This document shows, one piece after another, positions 58,639 to 64,000 of a DNA stretch of 64,000 nucleotides; the first letter of the stretch is position 1, and the number at the start of each line of letters is the position of its first letter. The position numbers were made by a program, and so were the translations under genes. Source of the stretch: Longimicrobiales bacterium (GTDB lineage: Bacteria; Gemmatimonadota; Gemmatimonadetes; Longimicrobiales; Gaopeijiaceae); assembly GCA_963422615.1 (NCBI GenBank), contig OY730414.1:1178001-1242000 (forward strand), in the 5' to 3' direction. A model generated the notes under the pieces. That model did no database searches and was not told the DNA's origin. It saw only the letters and a list, made by a program, of their open reading frames with translations.

Positions 58639-59118
58639 ATGCGAGTCGAACGAACGCTTTTCGCAGGTCGGTCAGGGTTCTTTACCCTGGTCGGCTTCAC
58701 TTGGATTTCCCTTTCGTGTAGCGATACGGGCTCGATGGCACCCGAGGCAAGGGCGTCACTCGAGGGAAAGGAATCCGCGCTCGAGTTGGATCGGGAAGCC
58801 ATTACTTGGGCCGGAATCATATTGACGGTGGAAGCCCTTGGCGGACGAGCGAACGTGGATCTGTCCGGCGGGGAGGGCAGCACCACGATTTCCGTGTTGC
58901 CTCCCCGAGGCTCCGACCAAGCGAATGTGACGCTGGGTTCGGACCCCATTTGCGAAACCACTGCCGAAGAAGGGCTTGAAGGCCTGGGCCTGGAAGGGCT
59001 TGCCGAATGCGCGCGAGAAGGGAGCGAAAGGGATGACTGTGGTAACGGCGGAGGGCTCTTCCGACTGGAAGTCAAAACCGGCGAAGCGTACGTACGCCTC
59101 CACTGTCCAACCGAGTAG
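58639..59118 (+). CDS. hypothetical protein, possible lipoprotein
   Basis: Hydrophobic stretch ending ISLSC, then an acidic/Gly-rich body. Start uncertain (58612 or 58639). Confidence 0.5.
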   Translation: MRVERTLFAGRSGFFTLVGFTWISLSCSDTGSMAPEARASLEGKESALELDREAITWAGIILTVEALGGRANVDLSGGEGSTTISVLPPRGSDQANVTLGSDPICETTAEEGLEGLGLEGLAECAREGSERDDCGNGGGLFRLEVKTGEAYVRLHCPTE

Positions 59119-59177
59119 ACGACCAAGCTGGGCGGCGAGGACGCACGTTTGCCGTAGAGGCGCTCCCGTCCTTCCTA

Positions 59178-60353
59178 TTAACCGGGTTCGCTTGTGGGTA
59201 GGGACTGCCAATGCGCATCCATGGCCTCGTCCGAGAGCTTGGCCGGGTTCACCCTGAAGACACCCCTGCCGCTCCCGGTCACCGCCCCTACATGCTCCAG
59301 CCAATTCAGACAGGTGCGGACTTGGTAGTGTGGAGGCGCGGCATCGCCGTCCCTGACCCGTTCAAGGATCTCGGCCCACTTGAATTGATTCTCTTGCGAC
59401 CTGAGGTTTCTCATTGTCCGGGCAATACGCCAAAGCACGCTCTGCGGAATACGTCGGATGTACTTACGCCCCGTCTTTTCTGACCAGCGGGCCACATGGA
59501 GTTTGTCGCCGTCCTTCCAGAATCGGGGGGGGGGGGGGGGCAACGGGCCCGCATCGCCTCCGCCTGGTTTCTCTTTCCTAGGTGAGGTGGCGGAATCACC
59601 AGAAACAGTGCCGGCCGCTACTTCTCCCGATTCGTCCCGTTCCCTTTCCAAGGCCGATTGCAACCGATCATTGATCCGGTCATCAATAAATTCTTGGAAT
59701 GCATGCTTGGTCAGATTCGTAAACTTCTCTATACGGACCTTGGTCTTGGGGCCACCATGCACCTGATCCACGATAAACCGAACAAAGTCTGGATTCGGAC
59801 GTTTGAGCGTATCAGTGAGTACCCACTTTATCGCTGCCGTGTATTTTAGGTTCTCGGCGGATCTGATAGAATCTTCAGAATCGAAAGATTCTTTTGTAAA
59901 GCGTTTGAGATTCTGGGCATCATCTTTGGTAATCGTTGACAAGTCGAATTCAAAGAATGGTTTCTCATCCATCCTGTTTGGTTCTTCAAGGTCCGCGAAA
60001 AAGCGATAGATCATACCATCGGTCAGGATACCGAACCGGGAGGAGGAACTCGAAAAATACCGAAAGAGCTGGGTAACGCTGCTGAGGTCGAGCTTAGATC
60101 CGAATGCCTTGCACTCAACGAGAATGATGGGGCGATTTTCCTTGAGAACCGCGTAATCCACCTTCTCACCGCGTTTTATCCCTACATCGGCGACATACTC
60201 AGGTACAACCTCCAGCGGATCAAACACATCGTATCCCAGTGCTTGCAAGAACGGCATCACAAGAGCTGTCTTCGTCGCTTCTTCGGTACGTGTATGTGGC
60301 ACGCGTGCACGGGCGCTGCTTGATAGTACCTTGAGCCGATCGATGAAATCCAT
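59178..60353 (-). CDS. HsdR-N-like (PD-(D/E)XK) endonuclease protein with an appended uncharacterised C-terminal domain
   Basis: TEEATKTALVMPFLQALGYDVFDPLEVVPEY..GEKVDYA..LVECK..QLFRYF..ILTDG; visibly AT-richer DNA. Confidence 0.88.
   Translation of the reverse strand: MDFIDRLKVLSSSARARVPHTRTEEATKTALVMPFLQALGYDVFDPLEVVPEYVADVGIKRGEKVDYAVLKENRPIILVECKAFGSKLDLSSVTQLFRYFSSSSSRFGILTDGMIYRFFADLEEPNRMDEKPFFEFDLSTITKDDAQNLKRFTKESFDSEDSIRSAENLKYTAAIKWVLTDTLKRPNPDFVRFIVDQVHGGPKTKVRIEKFTNLTKHAFQEFIDDRINDRLQSALERERDESGEVAAGTVSGDSATSPRKEKPGGGDAGPLPPPPPRFWKDGDKLHVARWSEKTGRKYIRRIPQSVLWRIARTMRNLRSQENQFKWAEILERVRDGDAAPPHYQVRTCLNWLEHVGAVTGSGRGVFRVNPAKLSDEAMDAHWQSLPTSEPG
59525..59540 (-). repeat. homopolymer C16 on the coding strand at a domain junction
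   Basis: G16 on the + strand; encodes PPPPP immediately before RFWKDG. Confidence 0.93.
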
Positions 60354-60397
60354 AATCTAGTGTCTCAATTTTCCAAAATGGGAGCTCCCCTCTGTCC

Positions 60398-61843
60398 CTA
60401 CCGCCGCGTCATCACTGTATATCCCGCCACCACGTCCCACCGGAGCGTCTCCGCCCGGCTTGCTTCCCCCTCGAACGTGAGAAGACCCCCGTTCGGCCCG
60501 GCGAAGGTCATGCCGCCCCGGAAAGCGAGGGTGTCGGTCTGCTGGCGATCTTCGGGAATTTCCTCGTTGCCCACCATGACCATGGTGGCCGTGAGCGCGT
60601 CCGCTTCAGGCGCGATTCGAATCTCGGCCCGACCGCCCCGCCCCGGTCCACCGTAAGTGCCGCTATAGTAGGAGAGATTACCCTCGAACGCTAGGGCTTC
60701 CGGCGTAGCGTCCCCGACCATGACCCTCACGATCTCCCGCGCCATCTCCGATGGCCCCGGTGAACCGAGGGTGTTGACCAGAACCACGACGGCAAGCTCT
60801 TCCTCGGGAAGATAGAGCGACTCCGAGAGGAAGCCCGGGATTCCCCCGCCGTGATGGATCGCGCGGTGGCCCAGAATATCACTTACGGACAGCCCCAAGG
60901 CGTAACGGATCCTCGTTCCGTCGTTCAGGTCACCGGGCTCAATCATCTGTCGGTAGGAATCGGGCGCAAGCACCGTCCCGCCGTGGAGCGCCGCGAGCCA
61001 CGTGGCAAGGTCGGCGGCCGATGAACAGAGAGATCCGGCCGCGTAGGGCAGGTTGTGCACAATAAAGCCCTTGTGCTGGAGGCCGTTCTCCCCCGTTTCG
61101 TACCCCTTCACCTTGCCTTTGTGGATCTCGGTCTCACTGCAGTAGTGCGACCGGTCCATGCCCAGTTCTGCAAAGATCTCCTCTTCCACGTACGCTTCGT
61201 AGCTGACCCCGGCGGCCCCCTCCAGGATCATCCCTGCCAGATAGTAGGCCGAGTTGTTGTAGATCTCGTGTTCCCCCGTCGGGAAATCGAAGGGGTGGGC
61301 GGCCACGAGCGCTACAAGGCTGTCCCGGGGCACCCGCCGGACAAAGTAAGGCCGAGCCTCGCTCATTTCGGTGTAGCCCCGGATCCCGGAGGTATGGTCG
61401 AGGAGCACCCGTACGGTGATCCGGTTGCCCTGAGTCGGGAAGTCCGGGAGGTACTCTTCCATGTCCGCGTCGAGATCCATGAGGCCCTGCTCTTGCATCT
61501 GGAGCAGTCCAGCAGACGTGAACTGCTTGGTGATGGAGCCGATTTCGTAGATGGCGTCCTCCGGGGTGGGAACGTCCAGCTCCAGATCGGCCCAACCATA
61601 ACCTCGAATCGCGACCGTCCGGCCCCGGTGCACGACGGCAACGGACCCACCTGCGATCATGCCCTCCCGAATGGGCGCCATCATGATCTCATCAATTGCC
61701 TCTACCTGCGCTGGGTGGTCGGGACTCCCGAAGCCCACCCCCTGGGACCCGAATTCGCCCGCGGTCGGTCCGCCGGCCGGACCGCACGCGGCCAGAGCGA
61801 AAACGAAGTGGAGAACGACTGGAAGCGCCTTGGTAGGGTGCAT
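60398..61843 (-). CDS. serine hydrolase / beta-lactamase family lipoprotein
   Basis: LAAC lipobox; SITK, LLDHTSG, YNN, HGG motifs. Confidence 0.92.
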   Translation of the reverse strand: MHPTKALPVVLHFVFALAACGPAGGPTAGEFGSQGVGFGSPDHPAQVEAIDEIMMAPIREGMIAGGSVAVVHRGRTVAIRGYGWADLELDVPTPEDAIYEIGSITKQFTSAGLLQMQEQGLMDLDADMEEYLPDFPTQGNRITVRVLLDHTSGIRGYTEMSEARPYFVRRVPRDSLVALVAAHPFDFPTGEHEIYNNSAYYLAGMILEGAAGVSYEAYVEEEIFAELGMDRSHYCSETEIHKGKVKGYETGENGLQHKGFIVHNLPYAAGSLCSSAADLATWLAALHGGTVLAPDSYRQMIEPGDLNDGTRIRYALGLSVSDILGHRAIHHGGGIPGFLSESLYLPEEELAVVVLVNTLGSPGPSEMAREIVRVMVGDATPEALAFEGNLSYYSGTYGGPGRGGRAEIRIAPEADALTATMVMVGNEEIPEDRQQTDTLAFRGGMTFAGPNGGLLTFEGEASRAETLRWDVVAGYTVMTRR

Positions 61844-61854
61844 CGGAAGCTCCT

Positions 61855-62589
61855 TCAAGCAGGTGGAATGACGATTTGGGGTTCCGGTGAATTCGGACGC
61901 ATTCGGCCCCCGACTGTCCTTGCCCGTTCCGCTTCAATCACGGTGACGGAAGCGGACCAGGATGAATTCTCCGCGCCCTGGTACGCTATGGTAAGGTCCC
62001 GGGACAGTTCCACGGTGCCCGAGTATGCGTACACGGCCACGGAGGTCGTCTGCTGAGAAAGACGACCGGTTCCCCATCCGGGGCTGATGGCCCGAATGGC
62101 CAAGGGTCTCGTCCTCAGCCCGCGGGAAATCAGATGAAGGTCTTCGGGCTGGAAATTGGTGCCGGGCCGGATACTGGAGAACGACACCAAGAAGAGGGTG
62201 GGCTCTTCTTCCCGGGAGAGGCGGGCCAGTTCTGGCCGGTATGTGCGGGCGATCCGGTGCAGCCGTTTCCCGGTGTCCGGGGCTGTCGCCTCCAAGACCC
62301 AGGCGGCCAAGGGGGTGACTTCGATCCGTAGGTCACCGGCGGCCACGCGAACCGAAATCTGGTCTTGTCGGAGGGATCCGGAGCGAGCCAGGGCGTCGGG
62401 GTCGTCCTTTTGATTTTCCGCCGCTGGCGCATGATTCCGGGCGCCGGAACCCGGAGTCGCCGAACCTGGACCAGCCGGCAGCGCGTTTCCAGAGCGGGAG
62501 GCTGGCGCACAAGCGCCAACACCGGCGAACAGGGTCACAGAGATGCAGATCCGGCGGGACAACGGCGAAAGCCGCGGGCGAAGGGTCAC
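61855..62589 (-). CDS. hypothetical lipoprotein
   Basis: VGAC lipobox; co-oriented and tightly packed after engB. Confidence 0.75.
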   Translation of the reverse strand: MTLRPRLSPLSRRICISVTLFAGVGACAPASRSGNALPAGPGSATPGSGARNHAPAAENQKDDPDALARSGSLRQDQISVRVAAGDLRIEVTPLAAWVLEATAPDTGKRLHRIARTYRPELARLSREEEPTLFLVSFSSIRPGTNFQPEDLHLISRGLRTRPLAIRAISPGWGTGRLSQQTTSVAVYAYSGTVELSRDLTIAYQGAENSSWSASVTVIEAERARTVGGRMRPNSPEPQIVIPPA

Positions 62590-62590
62590 G

Positions 62591-63208
62591 TCAAGGCTCC
62601 GTCTCCAGAAGCGTCTCCATGGCGGCCAACAGTTGGTGTGTTCCCTCTCCCGTGCGGGCGGAGCTCTTCACGATCTGGTCCTGGGTCACACCCAGGGCTT
62701 CCACTGTCGGTCCCACGACGCCCCGTTGGCGCTCCTTGGACTTGAGCTTGTCGGTTTTGGTGAGGGCGATCAACGTCGGACTGCCTGTCTGGGAAAGAAA
62801 ATCAACGAAGTCTCGGTCTGTACGGGCCGGCGGACGCCGGGAATCCACAAGATAAACCACGCCTCTCAGGTTGTGGCCGCTTCCCTGTCCGCGTTGTCCG
62901 GACAGGTAGCTTCGGACCAGGGCTCCCCACGACTCCCGCACCGCCTTTGGGGCCCGGGCGTAGCCCGAGCCCGGAAGGTCCACCAGGAAGAAGGACCCGT
63001 TTACCCGGTAGAAGTTGAGGGCCTGGGTTTTGCCCGGGGCCGCCGATACCCGGGCGACTTTTCGCCGGGTCCGACCCAGGAGCCGATTGATCAGCGACGA
63101 CTTGCCCACGTTGGATCGGCCCGCGAAGGCGATCTGAGGAAGGTCACCGGGCAGCGGCTGTTTAGGTGAGACAACCGATCCCGCGAATTCCACCCTGTGA
63201 ATGACCAT
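62591..63208 (-). CDS. engB: ribosome biogenesis GTP-binding protein YihA/YsxC
   Basis: GRSNVGKSS, PGKT, DLPG, TKTDK motifs; follows lon. Confidence 0.96.
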   Translation of the reverse strand: MVIHRVEFAGSVVSPKQPLPGDLPQIAFAGRSNVGKSSLINRLLGRTRRKVARVSAAPGKTQALNFYRVNGSFFLVDLPGSGYARAPKAVRESWGALVRSYLSGQRGQGSGHNLRGVVYLVDSRRPPARTDRDFVDFLSQTGSPTLIALTKTDKLKSKERQRGVVGPTVEALGVTQDQIVKSSARTGEGTHQLLAAMETLLETEP

Positions 63209-63216
63209 ATGCGGGG

Positions 63217-64000
63217 TCAGGGAACGCTTGCGCCCACGCCCGTTGACTTCGCGGGCATCCCCGGGATCTCCTGGGCCTCCCTCCTGGCGTCGCCCCGGCG
63301 CTTCAGCCCGGCCTCAACCTGGCCGATTCCGGGGACGGATCCCGCCTCGTCCCTGGGGCCGGCCTCCCGATAGGGGCCCTTTTCGGCCCGGGAGGGGACA
63401 AGCGCTTCCCGCAACACCTGGTCCATCGTCTCTACGAGGACCAGGTCTACCCCATTTTGGACCTCGGCGGGAAGCCGCTCAATGTCGGTTTCGTTCATTG
63501 CCGGGAGGAGGACCCGCTTGATCCCGCCCCTCAGGGCCGCCACCGCCTTCTCCTTGATCCCCCCCACCACCAACACGCGACCCCTCAGCGTGATCTCCCC
63601 GGTCATGGCCACATCGGCCCGGGTTGCCTTGTCGGTGAGGGCGGAGATCAGAGCCACAGCAATGGTAATGCCGGCAGAGGGGCCGTCTTTGGGCGTGGCG
63701 CCCTCCGGGATGTGAATGTGGGTGTCCACTTCCCGGTAAAACTGTTCCGACAGCCCCAGTCGGCGGGCTCGAGAACGCGCATAGGTGACGGCGGCAAAGG
63801 CCGACTCCTTCATCACGTCTCCAAGCGTTCCCGTTAGCTGAATTTTTCCCGATCCCGGTACGACTGCTACCTCCACTTCCAGGATCTCCCCGCCGGCGGC
63901 AGTCCAGGCCAGCCCGCATGCGATCCCGGAACGGTCCATCCCATCTTCCCGCCGCTGGGGCAGGTGAGCCGGGGGACCCAGGAGCTCCCGGAGATCGGCC
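63217..64000 (-). CDS. lon: Lon protease, C-terminal part (gene begins beyond the right edge)
   Basis: GLAWT, LTGTLGDVMKES, HIHIPEGATPKDGPSAG, AMTGEITLRG motifs. Confidence 0.97.
   Translation of the reverse strand, partial: ADLRELLGPPAHLPQRREDGMDRSGIACGLAWTAAGGEILEVEVAVVPGSGKIQLTGTLGDVMKESAFAAVTYARSRARRLGLSEQFYREVDTHIHIPEGATPKDGPSAGITIAVALISALTDKATRADVAMTGEITLRGRVLVVGGIKEKAVAALRGGIKRVLLPAMNETDIERLPAEVQNGVDLVLVETMDQVLREALVPSRAEKGPYREAGPRDEAGSVPGIGQVEAGLKRRGDARREAQEIPGMPAKSTGVGASVP

Noticed and set aside
1..64000. CRISPR arrays, tRNA/rRNA genes, IS elements, prophage genes
   Set aside because: None recognised by eye; a covariance-model or HMM scan could still find small RNAs.

Overview
GC-rich bacterial chromosomal window. 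Its gene content (VPS10/BNR protein, SusC/SusD-like pair, S9 peptidases, carboxypeptidase-regulatory-domain protein, TolB-like/TPR membrane protein) is suggestive of Gemmatimonadota, which is an inference only. Housekeeping and nutrient genes (SSS symporter, galK, ABC transporter, amidohydrolase, rhomboid, HAD, DinB, dnaE, engB, lon) are interleaved with three restriction-related loci and one unusual 16-kb operon. The main discovery is a Type ISP restriction-modification locus (16352-22216, minus). Its target-recognition region is split: the constant C-terminal part is a separate upstream gene. The variable segment exists as five homologous cassettes laid out in overlapping reading frames behind two poly-C tracts (C13 and C20), so tract length would choose which cassette ends the enzyme. 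The second highlight is an operon (28496-44452) combining a divergent SEDS/FtsW-like protein, a transpeptidase, two FHA-like proteins, a kinase-like and a PP2C-like protein, and a ZorA/ZorB(MotA/MotB)-like pair. Also seen: an uncharacterised ~110-aa domain shared by two restriction-linked genes 58 kb apart, a frameshifted SusC-like gene, and several local degenerate duplications. I saw no tRNA, rRNA, CRISPR array, transposase, integrase or reverse transcriptase. All family calls come from motif recognition by eye, not database searches, and homopolymer lengths may be affected by sequencing error.
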